Source: Eledone cirrhosa (lineage: Eukaryota). Taken from it: a stretch of DNA of 64,000 nt. A model generated the notes under the pieces. That model was given only the letters and a program-made list of their open reading frames with translations, ran no database searches and was not told the origin of the DNA. Below are positions 1 through 14,235 of this stretch, in pieces. Position 1 is the stretch's first letter. Each line of letters begins with the position of its first letter. The translations under genes were made by a program, and so were the position numbers. The stretch spans positions 359,600,001 through 359,664,000 of the forward strand of contig OZ024740.1 in the NCBI GenBank assembly GCA_964016885.1, read 5' to 3'.

Positions 1-3000
1 AGGCATATAGTAAATTTGGTTCAAGATATGTTTACGACTGAGTTTAATCACTATATATGCTCCCAAAAGTAAGAGTTGTTCCCTTCCTTTTAACTGGCAG
101 TTTTGAATGAATTAACATGTACATTGCCAGAGCAAGTACTTTACAGTTGCATTATCTTTTTACTGCTACCTAAAAATACAGGAAAAAAGGTGAAAACTGT
201 GGTCCCCCTCAAGCAAAGCGCAATGTGATTTGCTTATGGGCACTGAAGTCACTTTAGCATGTTTTGAACAATTTATTTATTAGCTAAGTTTCTGAATTTA
301 AAAAGCAATCATCTAAAACAATCCAACACACCAATTTGGCAGTTTTACAAGTAATGCCCAAAATTAAAATATTTTTTAACAAAATAAATTGCAGATATTT
401 TTGCCCCTATTTCTACAATGATCTAGAATGCAAGTATTAAATTTTCTGTCTTACTGAAATAAATATCATATATAACAAGACAAATATTAAATTATGGAAA
501 TTGAATTGATACCCACCAATGATTATCATATTTGATATCACAGCAGTTTCTGTAGTTTTGTGCTAGCTTGGCCAGAATTGAATTAAATTATCAGTGAATG
601 AGTAAAATATGAAAAATAACGAGTTTTAGAAAACAATGTACATTGTTACCTATTTACCTAGACTTCACTTGGATAATTCTAAATTTTTCATAGCATTTCA
701 TATAGATTTCTAATCTCTTACATACTTAGCATGTCTATATGCAATTATTCATTAATTGTTGCACCTATTAGCAATAGCTAATGATTTGGATCTAATAAAA
801 TCTTACGCAAACTATTTTAACATGCCTCATACATAAAACCAACATGGCAGTTACCCATAAGTATCTATATTTTCCATAAGACTATACAACATATGGAACT
901 CTTAAATACTTTCAAATTAGAAATTATTTTTTCAATTCATATTCAAAATCTATCTTATAATTATATCACCAAATTCACGCAAATAAATAATTAGCAATTG
1001 TACGTTATATAACTTCAGTATTGCAGCAACTCCAAGATCAGTTTTTAGCACGTTACCACCAACACTATATCACTCTTAGCTTTATAGCATATGACAAATA
1101 TTTTTAAGTTAACCATTGGGGATAAAAATGAACAACAGGGATAGAAAGAGAGATGAATATTGGAGTAAGGTTAGCCATTTTTGTATTGAATGCAGCATGG
1201 GATAATGTACAAAACGAGGGAGGTAATTTAAAGGCATCAACAATTCTTTTAAGTAGTACCCAAGTTAGAAATAGTTATATTGAAATACACTTGGCTACAG
1301 ACAGCATTCCATAACCAAAATAAAAACCAACTTTCAATTTAATATTCAAAATTGAAATGTTAAAACAACCTCTAATTATTTATAACACAAAATTGCATAT
1401 TTTCGAACAAATGCATTTCTACAGATATAGACATAGGTTAAGGCAAACAAAAATGTAAGGCTGAAAATTGTGTTAATGAAAATTTTTTAAAGTCAGTTTT
1501 AAAGAACTGACATTAAGATATTAACCAATTACATCTTATGTATATTTTATATGATGATGTTCAACAGTATTAGTAAATTTCCAAATCATGAGCTTAACAT
1601 CTCAGTGTATAACTTTTACAACACTTGATATCAAACTGTTTAATTCTAAAATACACATTTTCATATAAGAATCTTTAAGTTATCTAACAAACACCTGCTT
1701 AATAAAGAGAAAGATAATTATCTTAATTAAACCCCCAAATTTCGTGATTATTTTCAAAATTAATTGAAAATCAATTGCTATGTTTGTCACTTGGCTAAGC
1801 AAGTTAAATGCACATTTTGGTAAAATATATGGTATCCATTCATAATTTTAAAACTTATCAGTTCATAATTTTACATTCAGCTGAGTTTAATTCCTTTGTA
1901 TTCAATCACTTCTCATTTCTTAAATTCACTTTTATGATCTAGCATATTTTGCAGTTGATTGCTTCAATGATTAGCTGTAGCATGCTGAAATATTTTGACA
2001 TTCAGAAATGAACATTCATAATTTATCCAGAGTAACAATAACAGCATGTTGTGAAGTTTTCAGTAATGAAAGTTTAACAGAGGAAATCATTGCAAAACAA
2101 AGATAGCCAAGATTCTTCAAATTTAGTAATAAGTAGGTATATTTAGGGTGAAGTCATTCAATAAGATGGTCAACGGAAAGCATTAAAAATGGGATAATTT
2201 TCAAGAAAGCAAGTTAAATTAATTGCATTTAACACTTACCTTCAGTAAAGGTTGCACTGAAGTAAAAATAAAAAATGCTAGCAAATAGGGAAGATTTGAA
2301 GAAATATAGGACAGTAGTTATATATATGTGGCCTTAACTGTTTTGACACCACTCATAACTACCATGCACTATGAATTGCCAGAATTAAGGCTTTAGATTA
2401 TATAAGGCCTCAGTCGCATAATTTGTTGAATATTTCATCAACAGTGCAGCTATAAAAAAATTTGTTCTATGTTACAATCATGAGAAAATAACATTTATAA
2501 TGCAATATAAATTATCAATAGCTGAATCTATTAAAATCATGTTCAAGCAAACTGCCTGAAACACATAAACTGGTGTTCTGACATAGAAAAATTCCTTCAA
2601 TGAATATAATTTAAACATTTGTTTATGACTAGTAACTCTAAAGTGTAATTTTTATAAATAAAGTAGTTTTCAAATATTTGAGTAATATTTAACACAAGCA
2701 GAAACGCAGTTCATGAGATGAGGTATTTTAGTGTGGAATTAAAAAAGTGATGGAAAAAACAACTTAGTATAATCTTTTTAGTATATAAAAAAGATAACTC
2801 AAATTATCTTCTCTCACTCCCTGGGTTTGTGGTATAATATACTCATGCTAAAAATGATTGAAAATTATATAAGATATAATCATCTTTTTTTTCAGATATA
2901 TAAAATCTTATATTACTTTCAAGGATCTATAGACAATACATTAAAAACATCACATTTCAGAAGAATTTTCTTTCTATTAAGTACATCTATATTCTTAAAA

Positions 3001-3164
3001 TCATTACCTGAAATGAATATATCTAACTAAACAATGCATGTTTCCACTTAGTTTTGTATCAGTACTTAAAATATGCTGGAGGGAGCCTCTGTGTTTGTTC
3101 AACCAATTAGAAACAGCTGCTAAATCTCCCTCAAATTACACCCTACTATCTTAAAAAGCTCAAA

Positions 3165-3710
3165 AAGAAAAGCATGGCAGGTTCGGAGCAAAAATCAAGG
3201 CGATGCAGATTTCTTCGACTACCAAGGCATTGTGAATCATGAATACATACCAGATGAACAAATAGTTACAAAGGAGTACTATCAGAAAATCCTCTGACGT
3301 CCTCATGTTGCAATTCAGCACAAGCAACTGGATCTCTGATCTTCGTACAAGTCACAGCTGCATTATGATAATGCCCAAGTTCCTTTGTCACAGTTGATCC
3401 AAGGTTTCTTAGTAAGGAAAATCATTTCACTCACTTGCTAGTCTCCCTGCTCTTAAGAAATAGCTCCTTCTGATTTTGGATGTTCCCAAAAATGAAGATA
3501 CCACTGAAAAGCCTGTTTTGAGAGCCAAAAGGATATCATGTGAACTGTGATGGCAGAGTTGAGAGCCACTCCAGAAGAAGGATTCAAGACAATGAAGGGA
3601 TTGCTGGATTAAGTGTGTGGAGGAACAAGGAGCTTACTTCAACAGGACATAGCAATTAAAACCCACCAATATACATTTTTTCCCAACCTAAAGTCAGATA
3701 CTTTTTCAGC
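3165..3710 (+). mobile_element. Decayed mariner transposase relic
   Basis: Broken frames give FFDYQGIVNHEYIP..IVTKEYYQKIL, LHYDNAQ, EIAPSDF, FPKMKIPLK and WIKCVEEQGAYF, the mariner catalytic-domain motifs, with stops and frameshifts. Confidence 0.8.
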
Positions 3711-4689
3711 AGACCTTGTTATATACATATATGTAGGCATGTGTGTGTATGTATGTATATACACATATATATATATAATGATGATGATATATCTGAACAC
3801 TGAAATAAAAGTAATTAGACTGAAAATAAGGCATAAGAAACTGCAAAATATAAACTCACATCAGTAGGTGACTGACATACAGCTTGATCTTGTGTAGTAA
3901 TTCTGTTCTTGTAGACTATAAGCTGTTAGAAGAGGTTTTCCTTTCCTGCTAATCAAATATTAAAATTCCAAGAGAATTTTTGCATATGATATGCAACAAA
4001 TAAATTGCTTTAGTCAGCAAAGCAGATGGTTTTAATGCTTAACAGCATTCTTTGTAAACTGTGAGCAAGGAACGAACCAACACTTCAGAAACAAAAGAAC
4101 TTTATTTCTCATAACAATCATACAATATCCATTTCCAGCACAAACAACATAATTCACAACAGTATCAGGTGGCATTATTTATGTCTCTATGAAACTTGGT
4201 TGCCAATTTAAAAAATGGATTTATAGCAACTTGTAAGATTTTTTTCCAATTAATTTATCTGCATGTGATATTTTAAGGGCACTTGTGGCAGTTCCATGAT
4301 TAAAAAGTATCTTGCACAAATATCAACCAAAATTAGTAAATTTAGTAAATATTTCAATACTTTCTATATTGGTGGAATAGTCCATGCTGCAATACCATTC
4401 AATTTTAGAATATATTAGGGATTCAAATTTATTGCATCAAATTGAGATAGGATAACAAATTTAGCACCGTTATCTGAGAGTAAAATGAGTGGAACATCAA
4501 ATCTTCAACTTATACCCTACTTCCTCAATACTTCTACAACAATGGAAAGCTTCAATCTATGAGGAATAGAGCCAACAATTGTGCTTGTAAATAGAAAGGT
4601 ACCTTATGAACAACAGTTATTTTATTGTAGTCATGATTCTTATATATAACACTAGCTACATAACCCATTATATCATTTTATGTATGCTT

Positions 4690-5470
4690 TTCCAAGCGGG
4701 CATGGGTTGGACAGGCTGTTGTTATGGACCAAATCAGTGCTTAACAGAGCTAGTCCTCTTAGGTGGGCCACGGTTTGCATCTCATCTTACTTACACACAC
4801 ATCAGTTATGGTATGGTTTCTATGGCTGGATACTCTTCTTAAAAACAACCACTTTATAGAATGTACTGGACACTAGAAATAACTGTCAATTATAAAACCA
4901 TGTACCCCGATATAATATGGGACACTAATTGATCAAGTCATATGAAGAATATATGACCACAAATTCCTGCTTCACAACTTTATTATTAAATAAAAACTAA
5001 GTAATTACATTTCCTCCATCTCGCATGCATTTCCATATTCTACAGTGTACTGGGTGCATTTTATCATAGCACCAGTTCTAGGGAGATTGTCGTGCCTTTG
5101 ACACAACTGAGGAGTCCTCTTGACTCTTTGTTTGGCAAGTTTTCTATGGCTGGATGCCCATCCCATCAATCACTGTATTTTATCATGACACCAACACTAG
5201 AGGCGGCTGTGCCCTTGAAACAATTGAAGAGTCCTTACAATCTTTTTTTAGCATGGTTTCTATAGCTGGATGACCTTCCTATCACCAGCCACTTTACTAT
5301 GCATACTGGGTGCATTTTGGTGACAACAGCATTAAACAGGTTCTCATGTCATGACAAGTCCTCTCAACCCTTGTTTTGGCATGGTTTCTACAGCTGGGAA
5401 CCATTCTTAACACCAATCACTTTACAGAGTGCACTGGGTGCATTTATCTTGAGACCAGCACTAGGGATGT
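4690..5470. repeat. Degenerate tandem copies of a ~125-bp SINE-related unit
   Basis: TGGTTTCTAyRGCTGGA...CACTTTAyAGArTGyACTGG recurs near 4815, 5140, 5255 and 5383; its reverse complement occurs near 12860-12900. Confidence 0.55.
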
Positions 5471-6944
5471 TATTGACTTAACAGCCCTCTTTACTGTATG
5501 GTGGCAGGATGATGACTTGTCCCAAGTTAGTCATGTTGATGGGGGTTGGATGGAGAGAGGTAAAGTGGGTGATAGGCAATATGTCATTGTTGAAAGAAGG
5601 ATGACATGTCTGGTGTCATGGATATGTTGACAAGTATGGTGGAAGTTGGCATGGTGATGTAAAAGAGAAGAAAGGAGGAACAGGTGATCCCAGATAAAGG
5701 TTAAATATAAATATAGTGAAGATGAGAACAGTTACTAAAGCTGTTATTTTTTTATTTTTCTTATCTGTCAGCTCTGAGATTGTGGGGCAAGAGCGTATCT
5801 TCAAATCAGACACCTGAGCAGAATGCTTGCAACAGGGAAAGCTCTGCTAAAGGCACCCAAAGGTCAAGAGGTGGAGTTAAAGCTGGAGACTAATACTACC
5901 AGTCAAATGGTTGTGACTTAGTCATGAAATCACCAATTTTCAATTCCCACTATGAATAAGAGATAGCTAAATGATTTGATTAAAAAAACATTCCAGACAA
6001 ATGTTTTTTTACTAAGTAACAATATATTCTTATATAATTTTGCTCTGCTCTAAAAACTGATAAAAATTGAAATTCATTCCTGAATAGTTATATTGAAATA
6101 AATATAAATATAGTTTTTAAATTGCCAGACTATTTACTGTTGGTATTTTACTCTACACCAATACAAGTGTAGTTATGTGAATCAGTTCTTATCTCACAAT
6201 AAATAATATAGCCATTTACAACAGTATTTAGAAATTATCAAACTATGTTGGACAGAAAAAGAGATTTTATACACAAATTCAGTTATTTTGATTCAATATA
6301 AATTAAAAACTCAAGTGAAAATTCAATTTTAAATGTTTTGAAATTATATCAATACCACTTGAGGGTTTATTTTCAGTAGAGGTGATTCATTAAAAATCTT
6401 TTTTCTATAGTTATAATTAACATTAATTTGTGCCTTAGGAACTACCATATCTTTTTAATGCAAATCTCAAGTATTTCAAGCCATATCTCTTTAGTTGACT
6501 ATTTAGGCAAGTCGAGACTTTGTTCCACAAAATATTTTATAATTCTTTCTCGGGTACTAGTTACATGTATTGAGTACTTTTTTCTTGTTTATACCTCTAA
6601 ACACACATACATACCAAATATTTACACCAGACATGTTCAATGCGACACAAATTATTGCCAATTTCATTTCCTTATATACTGTTCACCACTGATATTTACA
6701 TCCTACTTTTACACAATTGTTCTTTCCACAGAGTGATAAGCATGCTGTGGTTACTATTCATTTCAAAAACAACCCATCACATTCTGCCTCAAGGGCATAA
6801 GTGGCAAACATTAAATAATAACAAGCTAAAATATTTTGTAGTAGAAAACCCACACGCTGCAAAATATGTTATGAATTGGTGTGAGATTAATTTATTCAAA
6901 TATATTTACACATTAGTGCAGATATGACTGAAGGAGGTCATTTC

Positions 6945-7200
6945 TCAATCAGTTTGGTTCTGGATTCAGTACTGTTGCATGGCACCATGGGCAAGTGTCG
7001 TCGTTATAGCCTTGGGTTGACTAATGCCTTGTAGAAGGAAACTCGAAAAACGTGTGTGTGTGTGTGTGGAGGGCGGTGTTTATGTTCATGCCCCTTAACT
7101 TAGCAATTCGATGAAATATGTACCAGAGTCAATATAACCTACTAAATAAAGGCTGTGTCCCAGTGTGGTCGCAGTCTGATGACTGGGTTGAAAAATTAAA
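6945..7200 (+). mobile_element. tRNA-derived SINE relic with CORE-like segment and internal (TG)n
   Basis: GGATTCAGT...GGCACCATGGGCAAGTGTC...TATAGCCTTGGG; a related copy lies at about 59350-59660. Confidence 0.55.
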
Positions 7201-7469
7201 AGGTAATCCTGTCTTAATGCAATTCAATGATCAACCTGTTCTGGTATAATTCTTTCACAACAAATTTATTATAAAATATACTGAAAATGTACAAATTCTT
7301 CTATCCTTTACACCTAAAAGTGTAAAATTCTCAAATAATTTTTTAAGTTGGACTGTTCAGATTTTTTCTTTAAATTGAACATTTTAAAATGTGACTTTTG
7401 TTAATGTATGTCTTTCTCTTTTAAAAGGAGTCACTCTACTCCAAAAATAAACCAGCACTTAAAATTATA

Positions 7470-8484
7470 TTATTAATGACATAGATGCCAACTTAAAGAA
7501 TGCCACAGAACTGAAATATGCAGATGACATCAAGCTGTACCTTGAGATAAAAAGGACAGATCCTGAACACTATAGATCTTGCCTGCAATCTGACCTGGAC
7601 ACAATGCAACAATGGATCACAGACTGGCAACTCAAGCTAGCTGTGGACAAGTGTACCACCATGCATTTTGGGAGTAAAAACCCAGCGTCCACATACTCCC
7701 TCCACAACACTAATATCAAGAAGTCTTCTTGTGAACGTGACCTGGGCATTACGGTCAGCAGCGATTTGCGTTGGACGAAGCACATCTCTAAAATTGTCAA
7801 GAAGGCCAAGGGTGTCTTAGCATCACTCAGCAAGACCTTTGTCAGCCACTCTCCAGCTATCTATTTTAAGCTATATACAGCTATGGTATGACCACACTTG
7901 GAATTCGCATCATCAGTCTGCAACCCCTATCTTGCTCAGAACATTGACCGCCTGGAAACTGTTCAGAGACCTGCAACCAAGCGAATACCCTCCATCAGGC
8001 ATCTACCATACTCTGAACGCCTTGCTTCCCTGGGCATGGATACATTGAAGCTCCGACGCCTGGCAACTGACTTGGTAAACACCCACAAAATTATTAACCA
8101 TCTTGCCAACAACAACCCCGAGTACCTTTTTGATTTCCATGTGTCTAACACACGTGGGCATGCCCACAAAGTCAGAAAACAGCACAGCTCCCATGACTTT
8201 CGGAAACATTTTTTCACGCTCAGAGTTGCTGAAAGATAGAACAAATTACCTGCATCAGTTATTAGCTGTCGAGACACTGCATCCTTTAAAACCTCCATGC
8301 TTCCTGAGATTCGCCAACACTACACCTAATATTCCTCCTCCATACACACGCACACATGTATATCATAACTCACACTATTCACTTCCCTGACATTTGTATA
8401 TTATTCTATGTACTATACATACACCTTTGACGAGTTGTAGTGCACCTGAGCACTCACTGTACACAATAATTTCATTATTATTGT
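7470..8484 (+). mobile_element. 5'-truncated CR1-clade LINE (RT C-terminus and 3' UTR)
   Basis: KYADDIKLY...ERDLGI...RPHLEFASSV...NTRGHAHK...HFFTLRVAE; closely matches 51825-52965; ends in an (ATT)n tail and has in-frame stops. Confidence 0.9.
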
Positions 8485-9053
8485 AAATAGAAAACTAGAA
8501 ACAATTATTGTATGTATATATGTGTGTGTAAACGATTATGGGTTCACGCTGGTGTGAAGTATAATAAAGTGAAAAAAGTACTCAATACTGTTAGGTAGAG
8601 TGGAATAATATTTATTCAAATTTGAATCCACGTAGTTTTTCATTCTTGGACATTCAGACGGCTCTGCCGAATACAAAAAAACTCCGAGTATATATATGGA
8701 GAGAAGTATTGATAAGTGTCTACATGTATGTGAGATATAGGATGAAATTATTCCAGAAAAGAAATTCAAGCTATGATAAAGTGCTACCATAATATAAATT
8801 TTCCTTCGACTTATATTAACAAAATCTAACTTCTAAAATCTCACACAACTTAAGATTCTTCATTACACCAGTTTCATTTTTATATCCAGACATTTCAATA
8901 TCCTGTTCTTAGCAAATTCCCACTTCAACCCAAACACAGAATTACAAACTATTTACTTTTACAAAACATATAGAATTCTAACCAGTTTGCTTATAAATTT
9001 ACAATAAACTTCCGACGGTCACACATTGAATAGCAATTCTAAATTTATGGTCA

Positions 9054-9262
9054 AGTTTCAGATTAATCACGCCAGTTTCGGATTCCGTATTGAAATTTAG
9101 TTTGCGGAGTTAATATTTTATGTTTTCTTTAATGTTGTTGCTTTTTTAATCCAGTGAATTAATTGATATAAAGTGTATTTTGTAATTTGTTAACGAAAGA
9201 TAAAGTTTCGTTATTGTAACTAACGTACTGAATCCGAAACTAACATGCTGAATCTGTAACTA
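9054..9262. repeat. Degenerate ~37-bp inverted repeat, possible MITE relic
   Basis: AGTTTCAGATTAATCACGCCAGTTTCGGATTCCGTA at ~9054 resembles the reverse complement of ~9225-9262. Confidence 0.35.
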
Positions 9263-10069
9263 AATTAACACACCAAACAGAATTTATATATGTATTCTAA
9301 TCGTAGCTTATTGCCAAATCTGTATTTAGTCAATTTCTGGCGACTTGTACCGGATACAATGACATACGTGCCAGAGATCTCGTTAATATAGAATCGATGT
9401 GGCATTCTTCCATCTTTGTCTTTCAAATCTAATAACACAAGCGGTAATGACACCTCACAACAGGAATACTGAAGCCGTTGGAGATTTATACTCACATCAA
9501 CTCCTTAACTGACTGCCAACAGCAATAAGATCGTTCAGGATTCCTAGCCGTAGACTCTTGCTTGAAGAAGCATGGGAGGCACTAGTATTAATGAGATTAA
9601 ATCGACTCAAGTACTTTTATAGATGCAGGAGAGATGAAAGCAAAGTTGACCTTGGCAAGGTTTTGAGAAATGCTATAAGGTATTTTGTCCGACACCAACG
9701 ATTCTGACAATCTGTCGATTTTAGACAACTACAGTTTTGCTTATTTTGGAGTAGGGGAAACATTGTAATGCGAAATCTATAAAACTATTTTCAGAAGCTG
9801 CTGAGGAAACATTACATTGGCTAGAAAAAGTATTTGGTAACAACAAAATCTGGAGCAGATTTGATTTTTAAGTTTAAAATATTTAATTCATTAATAAAAA
9901 TTCTATTTTTCAAGACTATGTAAGGGAATTTGTAAATCAGAAAGCTGGAGGAAACCGAAAAATTGAAACTAATTTATTAAAATATTCATAGTTTGAATGG
10001 TATAAAACGACCACAAAACTTATAGAATTCTGTTTAAATTCTTACCAACTTATTTACGTTTATATTACA

Positions 10070-10352
10070 ATAATTGTTTCTACTTTTTGCACAAGGCCAG
10101 CAATTACCCAGTGCATTAATGGTACTTTATTTTATCGACCCCGTAAGGATGAAAGGCAAAGTTAACCTCGGCGGGATTTGAACTCAGATCGTAAAGGGAC
10201 GTAACTTCGCTGGAAAGCATGTCCGACCCTCTACCGATACTGCCAATTCACCGCCCTTTTATATTACAATAATTGTTTCTACTTTTGGCACAAGGCCAGC
10301 AATTACAGGGTGTATTACTGGTACTTTATTTTATCGACCCCGTAAGGATGCC
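10070..10352 (-). mobile_element. tRNA-derived SINE, full copy plus adjacent partial copy
   Basis: On the minus strand: box A-like TGGCAGTATCGG, box B GAGTTCAAATCCC, body TTTCATCCTTACGGGGTCGATAAAATAAAGTACC, tail GTAGAAACAATTAT. Confidence 0.85.
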
Positions 10353-11269
10353 TTTCTTTGGCTTTGTTTTCTTTAATTCCTCACCTAAACATCTCCAGAT
10401 TTCCTTATCTAAAACAAAACAACTATTCCTATTTCATGTTCACTTATCACATACTTGAATTCACTGCACCTTTCCAATTCACATTCATTCCATTTTCAAA
10501 TCAATGCAGCTATCCACTTTTATCCTCCATACTTCATATCAGATATATATTTATATTTTTTACCAAATCAATTTCTTCCTGTTCATCTCACAAAAAGAAT
10601 CCATTAGACTTTGCAATGTTCACTTTTTACTATTCCTGTGAGAAAATTTCTCTGCTTTTCTCTTGAGTGGCCTAATCTGAAGTCTATTTAAGACGCAGAC
10701 ACAAATAGAAAAATATAGTGCCTAAATATACACTTACCTGGTTCTCAAATCTCTTAACAAAACATTATTTGAAAAGGTAAAAAATATATAAAAAGCAAGA
10801 CAGTTGCTATTCAGTGTACAAAGTATGTGATAGATTGTACAATCAGTCAAGTTCATTGTTAGTGTTGAAAGAGATTGAGTTTGTCAGATCATGGGGAATG
10901 AAACAATCAAAATGTCAAAACAAAAGGTTAATTATGAATTACACAGTTTGTTAAAAGTTACAAAAGATGGACTTAGGTCAACATACAAAAAAAATTCAGC
11001 ATTATGTAGAGCAAATGAAAATCGTGCAATGTCTGAAAGACAACAATTTCAGAAACATTTTGATATTCCCAGTAAGACTGATAAATAAAAGCTATAAGAC
11101 TAGAAAATTCTTTCTAGAAAAAAATAAGATTTGGGGAGAAAATGTGCTAAAAGTTTTGCTATTTAAGAAGGAGGTTCTAATTACACAGAAATCCAATACA
11201 TAGCATGTTGAAGGTTCAACATTCCAGATAAATCTTCAAAAGCAAGCAAAATAATTTATAATTCATATG

Positions 11270-12500
11270 ATTTATTGAACTAATGGAAAATTCTACAAGA
11301 ATAAATTAAGATAAACAAAAACCCATTTCATATACTATCTGTCACATAGAACATTGGAAAATTCTAGAACTGCTAAAGCCAATATGATTTTGAATTGATG
11401 GAAAATTCTACAAAAATGAATTAAGATAAGCAAAAGCCCCACTTCATAGCTGTCTGTCACAGAAAAATTGAAATATTCTAAAAGAATCTGTTAGACTTAA
11501 AAGCCAAGTCCTGTATAATCTCTAAGTTTTATTGAATTGATTTAAAATTCTATACAAGAATAAATTAAGATAAAGAAAAATTATTTTATATGCTGCCTAT
11601 TACATAGAATAACTGGAAAATTCTTATAAAATCTAATAAAACTAAAAGCAAAGTCCTTTATATTCTCAGTTTTACTGAATTGGTAAAAAAATTCTATACA
11701 AGAATAAATTAAGATAACCAAAGGCCCTATTTTATATGCTGCCTGTCACAGAACAATTGGAATATTCTAGAATCTGGTAAAACTAAAAGCCAAGTCCTTT
11801 ATAATGTCTAAACTTTATTAAATTGATGGAAAATTCTCCAAGAATAAATAAGATAAGCAAAAACCCTATTTTATATGCTGCCTGTCACATATAAAAATTG
11901 GAATATTCTAGAAGAATCTCGTAAGGGCAGGCCATATCTCATAAGCTTCATTGAATTGATGGAAAATTCTGAAAAATAAATTAAAATAAGCAAAAACCCT
12001 TCTTCATAGCTGTCTGTTAGAGAAAAATATTAATATTCTAGAAGAATCTGTTAAAGTTAAAAACCAAGTGCTTTATATCTAAGATATTGAATTGATAGAA
12101 AATTCTACAAGAATAAATTAAGATAAGCTGTCACAGAAAAATTGAAATATTCTAGAAGTCCTTTATAATCTATAAAGTTTTATTGAATTGGTGGAAAATT
12201 CTATACAAGAATAAATTAAGATAAGCAAAAGTCCTACTTCATATGCTGCCTGCCACAGAATAATTGGAATATTCTAGAATCTGGTAAAACTAAAAGCCAA
12301 GTCCTTTATAATCTCTAAACTTTATTGAATTGATGGAAAATTCTACAAGAATAAATTAAGATAAGCGAAAACCCTATTTTATATGCTGCCTGTCACATAT
12401 AACAATTGGAAAATTCCATCAGTATGAGGTAGAGCCAAGTTCTTTATTTCTCATTAGTTGCACTGAATAGATGGAAAATTCTAGAACAATTGGAAAATTC
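11270..12500. repeat. Minisatellite, ~10 copies of a ~140-bp AT-rich unit
   Basis: TTGAATTGATGGAAAATTCTACAAGAATAAATTAAGATAAG restarts at about 11275, 11390, 11532, 11675, 11818, 11951, 12087, 12183, 12325 and 12463. Confidence 0.9.
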
Positions 12501-12789
12501 CAGAAATATTTGATAAAGTATGCAAAACCTCAATTCGGAACTGATAGAAAGTTAAAAATTTAACATATTTATGTTGTTATAAATCACTGCTAGAAAATTC
12601 TAGAAGAGTCATTTGGTATAAGCAATGCCTACAGCAGACCAGACTTCCAACGAGTACAAGCTGAAGCATATTTACAGTATGCCCCACCCCACCCTCCCAT
12701 ACTAGCGTGAAAATGGACGTAAAGACGGATGTGATATGTGCGTATCTACACAAATATGTATATATAAACCATGTGTGTATATATGTATA

Positions 12790-13005
12790 TAACATCCAGC
12801 CCACACTGTAAAGTGGACGTGTAAAAGACACGGCAAAAAGCACCTAGCACACAGTCAATGTGGTTGGCGTTAGAAAGGGCATCCAGTCGTAGAAAACCAG
12901 TCAGAAACACTCCTATATGAGCGAGACACGGTCACCCGACCCAACTTGCCTCTAAATGGGACCCGTCTAGAGTGGAAGATAGACGTTATTCGATGATGAT
13001 GATGG
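12790..13005 (+). mobile_element. SINE relic with (GAT)n tail
   Basis: GTGGTTGGCGTTAGAAAGGGCATCCAGTCGTAGAAAACC motif and terminal GATGATGATGATG. Confidence 0.5.
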
Positions 13006-13949
13006 TCCACATCATATTAGCAATGCATAGCATACTGCTGGAACATTCTAGTAGTTTATCTGCAAGAGTCAACAATACTAATCCATCCCATCTTTTTCTC
13101 AAGACAAACTATATCTAGGACAGCATTATCTAATTGATCAAATGATAAGATATGATTTGAAGAAAATTTGGCTGTTACTTCTAGCAGGTCAACTGGCTGC
13201 ATAGAGAATGTCATGCTAACTCCTTGAAATCTTTGTGAAATTCCTTGGTTAAAAAAGGGAGGGGGAGAAAATTGCAGGATAAAATTTATTCCAAAACTGC
13301 ACAAAGTAAGAACTGTTCTGAATACAAAAGAAAAATACAGATTGTCAATTTTAAGTGAGCTACATAGAAGACGGTCTATGTGAAGGCCATGTCCACATCC
13401 CCGCATTTAAGACAAAACCAATAAGATATATTCCAAAAATGCAAAATATTAGAATGGTCATATTAAAACCTGAAGACCCAACAACAAATAATGACCACTG
13501 AGCAGATTAGAATCTGGAAATATGAATTTCATATTTCGGAATTCTATGATCTGGAAAAATAAAAAATTCCAGATTTGACAGGTATTTAATGCACTTAAAT
13601 TGACTGGAATCTCACAGAAACATTAGAATAAATTTTTATAAATGTAATAAATTAGAAATAATCAAAAACATAGATAAGGTATTGTGATATATCTATACCC
13701 AATCAAACATCCTATTATAAGATATTGATTATCGAATGCGAGAAAATTCCAACTGGCTAACCAATAAAAACACAACTGAAAGTTCCAGAATATTGAATCA
13801 GATAATGACAACCGGCATTCAGCAAGTCAAAAAAGTAAACATTTAGACTAACTGAACTTAAATGTCTCTAAACAAAATACAACCGACTCAGGAAATTCGA
13901 TACTAATCGTGTGAGAGGGTAGACATCAAATCAGCGCTTAAGCACTCAC

Positions 13950-14235
13950 CATCCAAAATGATATTCTCAGGTTTTACCATGGGTAGAAGATAATTTAAAG
14001 GTACAAAAACATCTTCTCCTGTAGGACTGTTTCCCAGACATACAGTACTAGATTGGGTGATTGATCCATAATAGTTGGACTGTTGCATCCCCTTCTTAGT
14101 TGGCCATGTCATGCCGAATTTATTTGCAATCAACGTTGCAGCCAGAGTCGAACCATTATTGCCTCCGATGCCGACTAGCATAACACCAAGGCGAGGAACT
14201 TTCCTTTCGGTTCGGAAAGTGTATTTAGTTGTTAT
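13950..14235 (-). CDS. ISYNA1: Inositol-3-phosphate synthase 1, coding exon 2
   Basis: ITTKYTFRTERKVPRLGVMLVGIGGNNGST...SNYYGSITQSSTVCLG...LLPMVKPENIILD|G contains the MIPS GxGGNNG NAD-binding motif; acceptor TTTTCAG, phase-1 donor GTGAGT; 286 nt. Confidence 0.92.

Noticed and set aside
13056-13406. ORF ending MGWIS as ISYNA1 exon 3
   Set aside because: No AG acceptor in the needed phase and no MIPS-like sequence after GW.
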